The notes under the pieces: generated by a model
What the model was told of the DNA's origin: nothing
The model's database searches: none
The model's input: only the letters and a program-made list of their open reading frames with translations
Part shown: in pieces, positions 48,829 through 58,415 of the stretch
How the letters are laid out: the number at the start of each line of letters is the position of its first letter
Position numbering within the stretch: position 1 is the first letter of the stretch
Program-made: the position numbers and the translations under genes
IMG/VR virus record: IMGVR_UViG_3300027970_000021
Span: 1 to 64,000 of that record
Strand: one strand, 5' to 3'
DNA from: an uncultured virus (IMG/VR IMGVR_UViG_3300027970_000021)
Taxonomy: Duplodnaviria; Heunggongvirae; Uroviricota; Caudoviricetes
Length of the DNA stretch: 64,000 nt

Positions 48829-50301
48829 ATGATCGAATTCGATAAATTATGGGACCACCAAAAGCGAGCCGTCGCGCTCGCCATGCAGCAGCGAGACTTC
48901 GCGCTGTTCCACGACATGGGCGCGGGCAAGACGGGCACGATGATCAATATCCTGCGCCGCCGCTATGGCGAGGCCGGGCGCCTGCGCCGCACGCTGATCG
49001 TCTCGCCGCTCATCACGCTTGATAACTGGAAGAAAGAATTCGGGCAATTCTCGAAGGTGGATCCCCGGCACATTCTTATCTTGAAAGGCGCGGGCCGTAA
49101 GCGTGCAAAGGATTTCATGAAGTTTGTTTCGGACCCCGTGACCGAACGACTTGTTTTCAACCGCGTGGTCATCATGAACTACGAGTCGGTTCAAATGAAG
49201 GAACTGTATGACGCAATCAAAGCCTGGAATCCTGAGATCATTGTTTTTGATGAAGCTCATCGACTCAGAAATCACCAGTCAAAACGCGCGCGAGCTTGCG
49301 CGAATCTGGCTGACATCGCAAAGCACCGATATCTGCTTACGGGATCGCCGATCCTTAATTCAGCAATGGACGTGTTCTTCCAGTACCGCTGTCTCGACCT
49401 TGGAGACACGTTTGGGCAGAACTTTTACGCCTTCCGAAACCGATACTTTGAAGACCGAAACTCTGGCTGGGCTAGTAAGCCTGGTTACTTCCCCGACTTT
49501 GAAGCTCGTCCTGAGGCTTTTGCCGATCTCCACGCGCGCATGTACAAAGACGGCAGAGGGCTTGCCCGCGCCCACCGAGTGATGAAGAAAGACTGCCTTG
49601 ACCTACCCCCACTGGTGAAGACCAAGATCGAAGTAGAGCTCTCGCCGGATCAACGGAAGATGTACAAGGAAATGTCAGACGAGTTCCTGACATTTGTTGA
49701 GCGCGAGAAACAAACGGGCACACCACTAGCAGTGGTGGCACAGCTTGCAATCACGAAGGCGCTCCGCTTGCAGCAGATCGTAACCGGCTTCTGCAAGGCG
49801 GAAGACGGAGTTGAGTATGAGATTGCAGGGGGGAATCCCAGGCTCGAGGCGCTAGAGGAATTGCTTGAAGACTTGGCTCCGAACGGCAAAGTAATTGTGT
49901 GGGCATGCTTTAAGCAGAACTACCAACAGATTGCACGCGTGTGTGACAAGCTGAAGCTCCCTTACCGGATGATCCATGGTGAGATTAGGAACGCTGATAA
50001 GCAGATAGCCATGGAAGAGTTCCGCAAAGACGAATCGATCAAGGTGATGATTGCAAACCAGGGGGCTGCAGGCATTGGCGTGAATTTGGTTGAAGCCCCG
50101 TATTCTGTGTTTTTCTCCCGGAACTTTTCGCTTGAGCAAGATACTCAGGCCGAGGCACGCAACTATCGCGGTGGATCTGAGATGCATACAAGTGTGACTC
50201 GCTATGATATTGTTGCGCGAAATAGTATTGACGAGTTAATCGCCGACGCGTTAGCAGGTAAGCAGAAAATCGCAGATACCATTCTCGATTGGAAAATATA
50301 A
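48829..50301 (+). CDS. SNF2-like SF2 helicase
   Basis: DMGAGKT, DEAH, LTGSP, GIGVNL, QAEARNYR motifs. Confidence 0.92.
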   Translation: MIEFDKLWDHQKRAVALAMQQRDFALFHDMGAGKTGTMINILRRRYGEAGRLRRTLIVSPLITLDNWKKEFGQFSKVDPRHILILKGAGRKRAKDFMKFVSDPVTERLVFNRVVIMNYESVQMKELYDAIKAWNPEIIVFDEAHRLRNHQSKRARACANLADIAKHRYLLTGSPILNSAMDVFFQYRCLDLGDTFGQNFYAFRNRYFEDRNSGWASKPGYFPDFEARPEAFADLHARMYKDGRGLARAHRVMKKDCLDLPPLVKTKIEVELSPDQRKMYKEMSDEFLTFVEREKQTGTPLAVVAQLAITKALRLQQIVTGFCKAEDGVEYEIAGGNPRLEALEELLEDLAPNGKVIVWACFKQNYQQIARVCDKLKLPYRMIHGEIRNADKQIAMEEFRKDESIKVMIANQGAAGIGVNLVEAPYSVFFSRNFSLEQDTQAEARNYRGGSEMHTSVTRYDIVARNSIDELIADALAGKQKIADTILDWKI

Positions 50302-50310
50302 GGAGCGGAC

Positions 50311-50781
50311 ATGGCAAGTGAATTGGATTCCTGGGACGAAGCGACTCCCGTGATTGAGGTCTCAACGCAAGAGCTAGATGCTCTCGTGCAGCGAATGGAC
50401 ACCCTCTGGGACGAGTCAGAGAAGGTAAAGAAGCTGGCAAGTGAGGCTCGCGCGGCCTACGATGAGGTCGAGGCACGCGTGCTCGCGATGCTGAAAGCCG
50501 CTGGAAAAAAGAGCTACATCGTTGATGGACTTGGCACCGTGTCGATCACCAACAAATACATGATTACAACGCCCAAGGGGATTGAGGAAAAGAAACGGCT
50601 CTTTGCCTACATCAACAAGGAGCACGGGGAAGAGGGGCTATATGGCTTACTCACGATCAATTCCCAGACGCTCAATAGCTTTGTGAACGCAGAGCTTGAC
50701 CGCAAACCTGAAGTACAAATTCCCGGACTCGATGCACCGACTCACCGTGAGTCTCTTTCGTTCCGGGCAAAAAAGAAGTGA
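50311..50781 (+). CDS. conserved phage replication-module protein
   Basis: Coiled coil then GLGTV...INSQTLNSF..E; AGGAGCGG RBS. Confidence 0.65.
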   Translation: MASELDSWDEATPVIEVSTQELDALVQRMDTLWDESEKVKKLASEARAAYDEVEARVLAMLKAAGKKSYIVDGLGTVSITNKYMITTPKGIEEKKRLFAYINKEHGEEGLYGLLTINSQTLNSFVNAELDRKPEVQIPGLDAPTHRESLSFRAKKK

Positions 50782-50788
50782 GGAAGAA

Positions 50789-51577
50789 ATGGCAACCAAG
50801 AAGTCCCCGAAATCAGATACCCCTGTGAGCCAAGCCCCGGCAGTCGTTGAAGTGAACGGGGCGCTCGTATCGGCAGAGGAGCAGGCAGCCTGGGGCGCGA
50901 GTCCCTTCCTGTCGAGCCGTGACACGATCATCCCGAAGATTCTGCTCATGCAGCCGATGTCAAAGAAAGTGCTGGCAGACGAGGCAGCCTTCGGTGAGCT
51001 CCGCGATTCGGTCACAAACGAGGTCTACGGGTCTGATAAGAAATCGATCGAGATCATCCCCTTCCACCTGCAAACGGTGTGGGTTGAGCACGAGAAGAAC
51101 GTGGACCCTAAGACCGGCAAAGAGGACTTGAAGTACCTCCGCACGGTGCCGCTCTCTCCGCAGAACGACACGCTGCCCCTCGATGAGCCCAACTTAAAGC
51201 GCGTGCGCACGATGCAGTTCTACGTGCTGCGCCCGGAAGAGTTGGGATCCGGGATCCCTAAGGTGATCGCCTTTCGTATCACTTCAATCAAGGCCGGAAA
51301 GAAACTGGCAACACAAATGTATGTGACGAACCGGGCAGCCGGGCTTCCCCCTCCGGGCAGGGTGATGCGGCTTTCTGTCTCCCGCCAGACCAATGGCAAG
51401 GGCACGTTTGCGGTGATGGATGTCGAGCCTGTTCGCGCTGCCACCAGTGAGGAGCGCGCTTCTGCTCTTAAGTGGTTCAAGATTATCCAGACGGATGCGG
51501 CTGTTAAGGTCGATGATTCGGATGTGGCAGAGGTCGAGACTCCGGTCGAAGACTCGGGCACTACCGGACAATTCTAA
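50789..51577 (+). CDS. putative ssDNA-binding/annealing protein
   Basis: IPKILLMQPMS motif; acidic tail ending in Phe; position in replication module. Confidence 0.55.
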   Translation: MATKKSPKSDTPVSQAPAVVEVNGALVSAEEQAAWGASPFLSSRDTIIPKILLMQPMSKKVLADEAAFGELRDSVTNEVYGSDKKSIEIIPFHLQTVWVEHEKNVDPKTGKEDLKYLRTVPLSPQNDTLPLDEPNLKRVRTMQFYVLRPEELGSGIPKVIAFRITSIKAGKKLATQMYVTNRAAGLPPPGRVMRLSVSRQTNGKGTFAVMDVEPVRAATSEERASALKWFKIIQTDAAVKVDDSDVAEVETPVEDSGTTGQF

Positions 51578-51585
51578 GTAACGTT

Positions 51586-51622
51586 GGGGCCCCTGGGGGT
51601 AAGGGAACAGGGGCCCGTTTTT
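51586..51622 (+). terminator. possible intrinsic terminator
   Basis: GGGCCCCTG...CAGGGGCCC then GTTTTT. Confidence 0.45.
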
Positions 51623-51638
51623 ACTAAAGAGGGCATGT

Positions 51639-52406
51639 ATGCGAGTGCTTTGCATTGACTTTGAGACGACACACAAGGACCCGCTACAAGCCCGCCCGTG
51701 GGAGTTTGCCGCGTGCGTGGCTACTAACAATTCGTGGGCATTTGCACAGGAGGGGCAATATACTGGGCGCATGTGGGCAGCTGATTACCCTGAGTTGTCG
51801 CCCGAGATCCAACGTGTCTGCAAGCTGCCGAGTGAGCGTAAGAACTTTGTCGGCTCTCCCAGCACCAAAGAAGTTCTTGCGAATCTGCACTCCCTGGCAG
51901 GGCAGGCAGATTACCTGATGGCTTATAACGCCGAGTACGACCGGACGGTGTGGGAGCAGGAATGCATCCGGCAGAAGGTGCCCTTCCCTACCACCCCCTG
52001 GCTGTGCGCCTACTCTGATGTCCCGTACCCTGACTATTACCGCTGCCGGCAGCTCTCGCATCTGGCGCTTGACCATGGGATCAAGGTCGATCCCGAGGCA
52101 CTGCATGGAGCCCTGGGAGATGTGAGACTGATGGGCCAGCTACTCAGCCGAGGTGGATACACCCTGGAAAAAATCCTGGAATATAAGCAGGAGCCCTGGG
52201 TGTACATGAAGGCGGTGTTCAATGCGTTTGGCCCTGGAGGCCAGGAGCTCAAAGAAGCGGCAAAGGCAGACGGCTACGGCTGGCAGCAGTGCCGCGGAGA
52301 TACGGTTACGTTCATGAAGACTTGGGTTAAGCGAGTGAAGCTATCCAAGTTTGAGGAAGAGAAGGCTCGCACGCTGCCGTTCAAGCGTGAAACTTTGGAG
52401 GCCTGA
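51639..52406 (+). CDS. DEDDh 3'-5' exonuclease
   Basis: IDFETT, AYNAEYD, HGALGD motifs. Confidence 0.9.
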   Translation: MRVLCIDFETTHKDPLQARPWEFAACVATNNSWAFAQEGQYTGRMWAADYPELSPEIQRVCKLPSERKNFVGSPSTKEVLANLHSLAGQADYLMAYNAEYDRTVWEQECIRQKVPFPTTPWLCAYSDVPYPDYYRCRQLSHLALDHGIKVDPEALHGALGDVRLMGQLLSRGGYTLEKILEYKQEPWVYMKAVFNAFGPGGQELKEAAKADGYGWQQCRGDTVTFMKTWVKRVKLSKFEEEKARTLPFKRETLEA

Positions 52407-52612
52407 TGCATACGAAAAATCTGAAACAACAACCTGCCCGCAAGGGGAATACTCCCCGCCGCAAACCGCTAACGGTCCGTATCGATCGCACGCTACACGA
52501 CTTTGTGACCCGCTCAGCACATGCCAAGGGCGAGTGCGTGGCCGTGACGGTCTCGCGCATCTTAAAGTCCTACCAGCGGAGCGTCGGCCGCGCGAAGGCA
52601 CTGCACGCGTGA
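52406..52612 (+). CDS. small ribbon-helix-helix-like protein
   Basis: LTVRIDRTLHD....A...G; TGATG and GTGA overlaps. Confidence 0.5.
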   Translation: MHTKNLKQQPARKGNTPRRKPLTVRIDRTLHDFVTRSAHAKGECVAVTVSRILKSYQRSVGRAKALHA

Positions 52613-54441
52613 TTGTCACCGACTCCAATTTTGAAGAGGTCGTAGGCCTGCTCTCCCGCAGCGGGGAGTACGGCCTGGACTGCGAAACCACGGGGCTTGA
52701 TTTCAAGGCTCGCTTGTTTTCGATCATCATTGCGAGTCGTGAACAGTCCTATTATTTCAATTTCCACGACTACGGGGACGGGACGCCGGTACTTCCGCGC
52801 TCACGTATCCGGGCAATGCAGCCCGTCTTCCTCGGGCAATCGATTTTTTACATTTCGAATGCGAAGTTTGATCTCCGAATGCTGCGGCACGAAGGGCTTG
52901 AGGTAGAGTCCCACGTTTTCTGCACAAACGCACTGGGCCGGGTGCTTAAGAACAATTACTTCGGGCCGAAGGCCTACTCGCTAGAATCCTGGGCTCAGCG
53001 GCTTGGCGACGCCAAGGACGATGCCGTCATGGACTACGTGGTTGAGCACAAGCTCTACTCGGTTGAGAATATTCCAGGGAAGAAAAAAGAATTTAAGCGG
53101 ATGCGCTTTTGGGAAGTCCCCGCGAGCATCATGATTCCCTACGGGGAGAAGGATGCTGAGCTTCACTTGAAGGTCGGATCGCATATTGCAGCGGGGATTA
53201 AGTCGCTGAACGCTCCCGGATCTCCGGGAAATATTCAACGGCTGGCTGAGAACGAGGCGCAGCTAACAAAGGTCTGCTTTGACATGGAGTGGGCAGGCAT
53301 CCGCATTGATCGTGATTACGTAAGGAAGGCACAGGCCTATGAAGAAGAGCAAATTTCCCGCTTCACCGAACGTTTCCGTGAGTTATCGGGTGAGACGTTC
53401 CGGGACTCGTCGAGTTTTCTGGCCGGTGTCTTCAAGCAAGCCGGCTACACCGACTTGCCCACAACCGACAAAGGAAACCCAAGCTTCACCGACGACAACC
53501 TCGACGATCTCGGAGGAGACCTTGCTCAGAGCGTGCGAGATATTCGCTTTCATGCCAAGCGAGTCGGAACTTATTACTCCTCTTTTTTGCACTACGCCGA
53601 CGGAGAGGACCGAATCCACCCAGACATGAAGCAATCGGGCACTGAGACGGGACGCTTCAGCTACGCTGATCCGAACCTACAGAACGTGCCGAAAGAGGAG
53701 AACACCACACATGCTACCACCCCTTCTATCGTACGCTGTAGTTTCGTGCCTGATCCTGGTGACGTGTTTGTTATGGTGGATTACTCACAGCAGGAGTTTC
53801 GACTCATGCTCGACTACGCCGGAGAAACCAAGCTCATCGATGCCATCAACCAGGGGGCAGACGTTCACCAAGCCACTGCAGATATGTTGGGCATCTCGCG
53901 ACAATATGCGAAGACAGTTAACTTTGCGCTTCTCTACGGAGCAGGACCGGCAAAGATGGCTCGAATGCTTTCGATACCTGAGTTCGAGGCACGGGATCTC
54001 CGCGCGCTTTACTTCGGAAGGCTTCCTCGAGTGCAGCGCTTTATCACGCAAGTCATCGATCGTGGTCGAGCCCGCGGTTACGTGGTTAATTGGGCGGGTA
54101 GGCGTTGCCACATCGATTCACCCGACTACGCCTACATTCTCCCCAATCACCTGATCCAGGGAGGAGGCGCGGATGTCATCAAGTTCGCCATGGTGCAGAT
54201 CCACGCGCTCTTGCAGGAGAAAACCGGCGGGCGGTCGAGCATGCGGCTGCAGGTCCATGATGAGGTGGTCTTCCAATTTAACCCTCGCGATCTCGAGCTA
54301 GTTCCAGAAATCCGTCGTATCATGGAGGGGATCTATCGTCCCTTCAACGGGATGAAACTTACCACGTCGTGTGACCACTCCTGGAAATCCTGGGGGGCAC
54401 CCGACAAAGAGAAGGGGCTCCCTGGGGATGAGACGGCCTGA
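52609..54441 (+). CDS. DNA polymerase family A with 3'-5' exonuclease domain
   Basis: DCETTG, TGRFS..PNLQN, DYSQQEFR, AKTVNFALLYG, QVHDE; start GTG 52609 by overlap. Confidence 0.95.
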   Translation: MIVTDSNFEEVVGLLSRSGEYGLDCETTGLDFKARLFSIIIASREQSYYFNFHDYGDGTPVLPRSRIRAMQPVFLGQSIFYISNAKFDLRMLRHEGLEVESHVFCTNALGRVLKNNYFGPKAYSLESWAQRLGDAKDDAVMDYVVEHKLYSVENIPGKKKEFKRMRFWEVPASIMIPYGEKDAELHLKVGSHIAAGIKSLNAPGSPGNIQRLAENEAQLTKVCFDMEWAGIRIDRDYVRKAQAYEEEQISRFTERFRELSGETFRDSSSFLAGVFKQAGYTDLPTTDKGNPSFTDDNLDDLGGDLAQSVRDIRFHAKRVGTYYSSFLHYADGEDRIHPDMKQSGTETGRFSYADPNLQNVPKEENTTHATTPSIVRCSFVPDPGDVFVMVDYSQQEFRLMLDYAGETKLIDAINQGADVHQATADMLGISRQYAKTVNFALLYGAGPAKMARMLSIPEFEARDLRALYFGRLPRVQRFITQVIDRGRARGYVVNWAGRRCHIDSPDYAYILPNHLIQGGGADVIKFAMVQIHALLQEKTGGRSSMRLQVHDEVVFQFNPRDLELVPEIRRIMEGIYRPFNGMKLTTSCDHSWKSWGAPDKEKGLPGDETA

Positions 54442-54754
54442 GTCAGAGAAGGCGTTTGCAGCGAGGGTCAGAAAAGAAATCGAGGCGATGCCCCGTACGT
54501 GGTGCTTTAAGCCCTTCACCGGCTCGGTACGTGGGATCCCGGATCTCATTTGCTGTGTGTCCGGGTGGTTTGTGTCGCTTGAGTTCAAGAAAGCCGGCGC
54601 TGCCAAGGACTCATCGAGAGAGAGGCTGCAGGAATATGTGGCCTCAAAGATTCGGTTTGCGGGGGCGCCCATTGCTGAGCACCGTGTGACCCCGGCTTCC
54701 TGGCCTGCGATTCGCGAGCGGCTTGTGCAAATGGCGGGAGAGACTTTCTCTTAA
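54428..54754 (+). CDS. VRR-NUC / Holliday junction resolvase-like nuclease
   Basis: ESEK...GIPDLI....G.FV.LEFK...LQ PD-(D/E)xK pattern. Confidence 0.85.
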   Translation: MRRPESEKAFAARVRKEIEAMPRTWCFKPFTGSVRGIPDLICCVSGWFVSLEFKKAGAAKDSSRERLQEYVASKIRFAGAPIAEHRVTPASWPAIRERLVQMAGETFS

Positions 54755-55179
54755 AGCCTGCGGTAATCGTAGTAGTCTTTTGAGAAGCACTTGATTCCGC
54801 TCATTTTCCAGATGTCGTCAACTCCGATGCGCTCCTCGACTTCGACCCGCTTGATACAGGCACCTAGGAAAGTGCGCATGCACTTGTACGTGTGGTGGAA
54901 AATGCAGGGAGCGTCCGCACAAAACAGGTAGCGCTTATCCGCAAACTTGCAGACGAAATCAGCACTGCGAAGCGTGCTACGCAGGAACGCGTCCTCTAGA
55001 TCAAGCTTCCGGTACTCAAGCTTTAGGCAGTCGGTGCCTTTGACTTCCGAGCACCGGGTTGTGACAAGGCCCTTCTCGCTCTCGGATGCAATAAAGATTT
55101 GCCGCACGAGATCCGGGAACTGCGTGATGGATCTCTCGGTTGCACATGCGGTAAAGAAAAGGGCCAGCAGGTATTTCAT
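54751..55179 (-). CDS. Cys-rich putative lipoprotein in lysis cassette
   Basis: MKYLLALFFTA-C lipobox-like start; many Cys. Confidence 0.6.
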   Translation of the reverse strand: MKYLLALFFTACATERSITQFPDLVRQIFIASESEKGLVTTRCSEVKGTDCLKLEYRKLDLEDAFLRSTLRSADFVCKFADKRYLFCADAPCIFHHTYKCMRTFLGACIKRVEVEERIGVDDIWKMSGIKCFSKDYYDYRRL

Positions 55180-55460
55180 TTCGTGAGCTCAAGCCCAGCC
55201 GAGAGGTACTTGTTGAGCGCTGCCTCTTCGACCTTCAGTAGATCGTAGAGCTCAGCGATCAGAGCCATGTCCTGCTTATCTTGTTTCTTTTCTTCCGCCA
55301 AAATGTCCATCTGCACTTTACGCCAGCGCTCGATCGGCTCACGCTTGAGCTTGACCAGCCCCTTCTCGGCAAAAATCTCGATGATCGAGAGCGCCGTGTT
55401 GAGTGCCGTCATGCCCGGGATGAGCGAATCCGTTGCTGGCAGGGGTACAACAATGTCCAT
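55176..55460 (-). CDS. hypothetical helical protein
   Basis: 94 aa; ATGA overlap with lipoprotein. Confidence 0.5.
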   Translation of the reverse strand: MDIVVPLPATDSLIPGMTALNTALSIIEIFAEKGLVKLKREPIERWRKVQMDILAEEKKQDKQDMALIAELYDLLKVEEAALNKYLSAGLELTK

Positions 55461-55466
55461 GGCAGC

Positions 55467-55607
55467 TTAGGCTTTGCCGAGGAATTTCTTCAGGCCGTTG
55501 ATGACAAGCTGAACAATGCTGTTTGACTTGAAGGCCGGGATCAAAGCAAGAGCTTCAGACACCGCGAGAAGCGCACCGAGAATGAGAGCGATCGTCGAAT
55601 TTTCCAT
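55467..55607 (-). CDS. 46-aa holin-like membrane protein
   Basis: Manual translation MENSTIALILGALLAVSEALALIPAFKSNSIVQLVINGLKKFLGKA; directly after endolysin. Confidence 0.65.
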   Translation of the reverse strand: MENSTIALILGALLAVSEALALIPAFKSNSIVQLVINGLKKFLGKA

Positions 55608-55624
55608 TTTGTTCCCCCGAAACG

Positions 55625-56119
55625 CTAGGTTTTCCTAGCTACCCAAGGATCCAGGAACCCCACAATGGAGAACCTTGGAAACCCTTTTAAGTTACGCTTG
55701 ACACGATAGACCCCATCGCCGTCCGAATCAAGGCCGGAAGGGTTTACATTTCCCTCGACCGTCAAAAAATTACCCTTGCGATCGGGCGAGGTCTCAACGA
55801 TGCCGGCATGCCCGCGCCCTGAGTCATCCGTTCGCTTCCAAATGATGATGCGCCCGGGGCTGGCCTCTTTTCGCTGGTAAAGCTTGTTGCGATTCCAGAG
55901 GGTGAGGCAGTGCTCTGAAAATTGGATGTGATCCAGGCCCGACTGCTCGGCTACTTTCTGCAGGACAGTGCACACAAACGCTGCACACCAAGGCTCGCCC
56001 TGCGCCACGCCGTCTACCGTCTTCTGGAAGCCTTCAATGATGTCGCCGGCATTGGCGCCTGACTCGTGGACGCCGAGATAGATTCTAGCCATGTTCACGG
56101 TTGCTAGGTGCAGATCCAT
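55625..56119 (-). CDS. CHAP-domain endolysin
   Basis: PWCAAFV, GHAGIV, TVEGN catalytic motifs. Confidence 0.88.
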   Translation of the reverse strand: MDLHLATVNMARIYLGVHESGANAGDIIEGFQKTVDGVAQGEPWCAAFVCTVLQKVAEQSGLDHIQFSEHCLTLWNRNKLYQRKEASPGRIIIWKRTDDSGRGHAGIVETSPDRKGNFLTVEGNVNPSGLDSDGDGVYRVKRNLKGFPRFSIVGFLDPWVARKT

Positions 56120-56406
56120 TAGCGTATCCGCTTCAGCTCTCCGCTGATCTCGCCCAGCTTACGATTCATGTCTTGGAGGGTTGCCTGCAACCGTTCCTCT
56201 TTATCATCTAGCCGGGTTTCGATCACGCCAAATCGAGTGACACTTGCGGCCTGCGCCTCGGCCTGGGCGTACTTCAGCGTGTTGATGTCGGCTCTAAGCA
56301 TCGTAAACCAAATCGTACACGGGATCACGACGGCGCTTAGAAACCAAACCAGGCCTCGGAGCAGTTGCCCCGAAACCCCTGCGATCTTGTTGTGCCATTC
56401 GGCCAT
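56119..56406 (-). CDS. membrane protein with coiled coil (holin/antiholin-like)
   Basis: One hydrophobic helix then coiled coil; TAATG overlap with endolysin. Confidence 0.55.
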   Translation of the reverse strand: MAEWHNKIAGVSGQLLRGLVWFLSAVVIPCTIWFTMLRADINTLKYAQAEAQAASVTRFGVIETRLDDKEERLQATLQDMNRKLGEISGELKRIR

Positions 56407-56409
56407 GAG

Positions 56410-57153
56410 CTATCCCCCGCAGACAGCCATTCTAAACGGATTTTTCGGATCGCGGTAGTAGCCTTTGACCCAGTTTTCTCGTGGCCCGCGGTTTGTTTCA
56501 TGCACTTTTATGCAGCCATCAATCCACGCTTTCCCCCACCAGGGGAGCTTCACTTTCCGTAGGAATTTGATGCGGAGATCAGCCAGCCCCCAGTTTTTTG
56601 AGAGCCGCAGCCCTAGCCCCAGCCAGAGAAGCGAGATCGGATCGGGCTCCTCACCTGCTGCCAGCTCAAGGATTGCCCAGTCACCAGGCTGAAGCATCTC
56701 AGTCCACGACCAACGTCCGGGATCGCGGGGGTTGTACTGAAACCAGTGCTTGCGCCCATACTCGAGAATCGCCCAGGCATGCCCTGAATTGTAGTGGTGC
56801 GAGAGGATTGCAAGCGACACCACGTTGTCGTGCGACTGCCCGATGTCAAGCGGCACGAGGTCGCCTTCTGCATTCTCAAATCTGAGCTCGTGCCCAGGCC
56901 ACCGCCCGTGGAGCCCCGGCTCAATCTCAGTCAGCTCCATGTGGCGCTTAAAAGCCAGGAACCCTTCCACTGATCTCGCCTCCGGGTCAAGCTCAAGGAG
57001 CCCCTGCGCCAGCGCGTAGCTCGCGTTCTCGTTGGTTGAGCGCACAGGATATTTCGGACTCAACGGGGGAGCTAGGTTGCCCGGCTCATCTTCAAACAAA
57101 CCCCCGCCATCGGGAGCAATGTAGCGCTCGACGAAGGCGGAGAGGTGGTCCAT
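56410..57153 (-). CDS. hypothetical helical protein
   Basis: 247 aa; start overlaps the fibre stop codon (TAATG). Confidence 0.6.
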   Translation of the reverse strand: MDHLSAFVERYIAPDGGGLFEDEPGNLAPPLSPKYPVRSTNENASYALAQGLLELDPEARSVEGFLAFKRHMELTEIEPGLHGRWPGHELRFENAEGDLVPLDIGQSHDNVVSLAILSHHYNSGHAWAILEYGRKHWFQYNPRDPGRWSWTEMLQPGDWAILELAAGEEPDPISLLWLGLGLRLSKNWGLADLRIKFLRKVKLPWWGKAWIDGCIKVHETNRGPRENWVKGYYRDPKNPFRMAVCGG

Positions 57154-58415
57154 TAGTTTCCGACCCTCTCGACGTTGAAATAAGTATTTGCAATAACTCC
57201 CGAAATTGTGAGTGTGCTTGCCGAGTTGTTTCCAAGGCCGTATAGGAAGATTTCAACGTAATCCCCAGCATTCAACTGAAGCGTCGTGCTTCCATTGAAC
57301 GCGTTGATTGTCGTTGCGGCAGATGTTCTGTACCCAAACAGACGAGCGGACGCTCCGTTTTTATATAGGTAAAGCCCGTAATCGGATGCGAGCACGTTCG
57401 CGGAGGCAAGTAGGACTGCAGCACTTACGCGATACTTACCTGACACCGGGGCCGTGAACCGACTATTGCCGGAGCTAAACGATCCAGTTGTATCGAAGAC
57501 TGCGGAAGAGAAGGCCACCTTAACGAAACTATTGTTCGTTGCTACTCCTGTTTGGTTAGCCCCTCCAAGTGTTGCATCCATCGCGACTGTCTCACTGGCC
57601 GCGATCTGCGATGGGCCGGAGATTCGGGAGATGGAGAAGTAGTTGTCAGCAACACCTCCTCCGACGTTTAATGCTCCACCTGAGTTTTGGAAGACTTGAA
57701 TCCCTACCGTGTCCCCTGCGTTAAACAAATATTCTGTTGCACCATTCAAAAACGTACCTGCAGAAGCCGTAGGGCCGAATATGTATGCCAGTGTCCGGAT
57801 ATTGCTTCCGTTTACACGCAGACGAACCTCACGACCGTTGGTCGAGCTTGCGGCAAAAGCTACTTGAGTCGTAATCCTATACCAGCCAGGGACTGGAATC
57901 GTATAGAGACTTGTACCGGTATTCCAAGCCCCGTGCGTGTCGCTGATTGCGGCGTCGAAAGCTACCAGTGTTCCGGTACTGTCTGGAATCGACTGAGTGG
58001 CTGCGCGGCCTGTAGTCATCGCTACGACGCGAGTGTCCGTCTCAGACGACATCTGCACTTGAGACGACCATCCGGTGATGGGGACGAGGAAAGATCCGCC
58101 AAAAACCGTGTTGTTGGCCCAAGCCGTCCCTAACGTGCCATTGAAATAATTATCTGCCTGTTGGCTAATGATTGCGACCGTTGTTGGAGAACCTGTGGCT
58201 ACGAGAATATTGCCTGACCATGGGGTTTTAGATGCGGTAAGCGCCCCCACAACAGAGTTGTTTACGGCTCTAGTTATGTCCATAGAAAGGCCGCTTGGCA
58301 GCGAAATAGAAACTGGTGATCCAGAATTTGTTCCAGAAGTAACTGTAAACATGACTTCAAGAGAATCACCTACGCGCCGATACTTGGCGATAGATGCAGA
58401 AACAGTTCCTAGGCC
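57153..58415. repeat. direct repeat copy 2 (identical core 58024-58415)
   Basis: Matches 18891-20153 at offset 38262. Confidence 0.97.

Larger units (their letters stand above)
20154..58415. mobile_element. nested 38,262-bp podovirus-like genome (one unit length including one repeat copy)
   Basis: GC-richer than flanks; full packaging, virion, lysis and replication gene set; bounded by direct repeat; may be an assembly artefact. Confidence 0.8.

Noticed and set aside
38533..54441. Inteins or introns in TerL, helicases or DNA polymerase
   Set aside because: Lengths are ordinary, motifs are normally spaced, and no splice signatures were seen.
20154..58023. Conventional prophage with attL/attR in a bacterial chromosome
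   Set aside because: Flanks are phage virion genes, no integrase or CI/Cro pair was recognised, and boundaries are long coding homology rather than a short att core.
20154..58023. PICI/P4-type satellite dependent on helper structural genes
   Set aside because: The insert encodes its own terminase, portal, capsid, tail, lysis and replication genes.
18891..58415. Diversity-generating retroelement (TR/VR pair in fibre genes of a BPP-1-like phage)
   Set aside because: No reverse transcriptase in the window; the repeat is ~1.26 kb and coding in both copies; mismatches checked are not adenine-specific and are largely synonymous.
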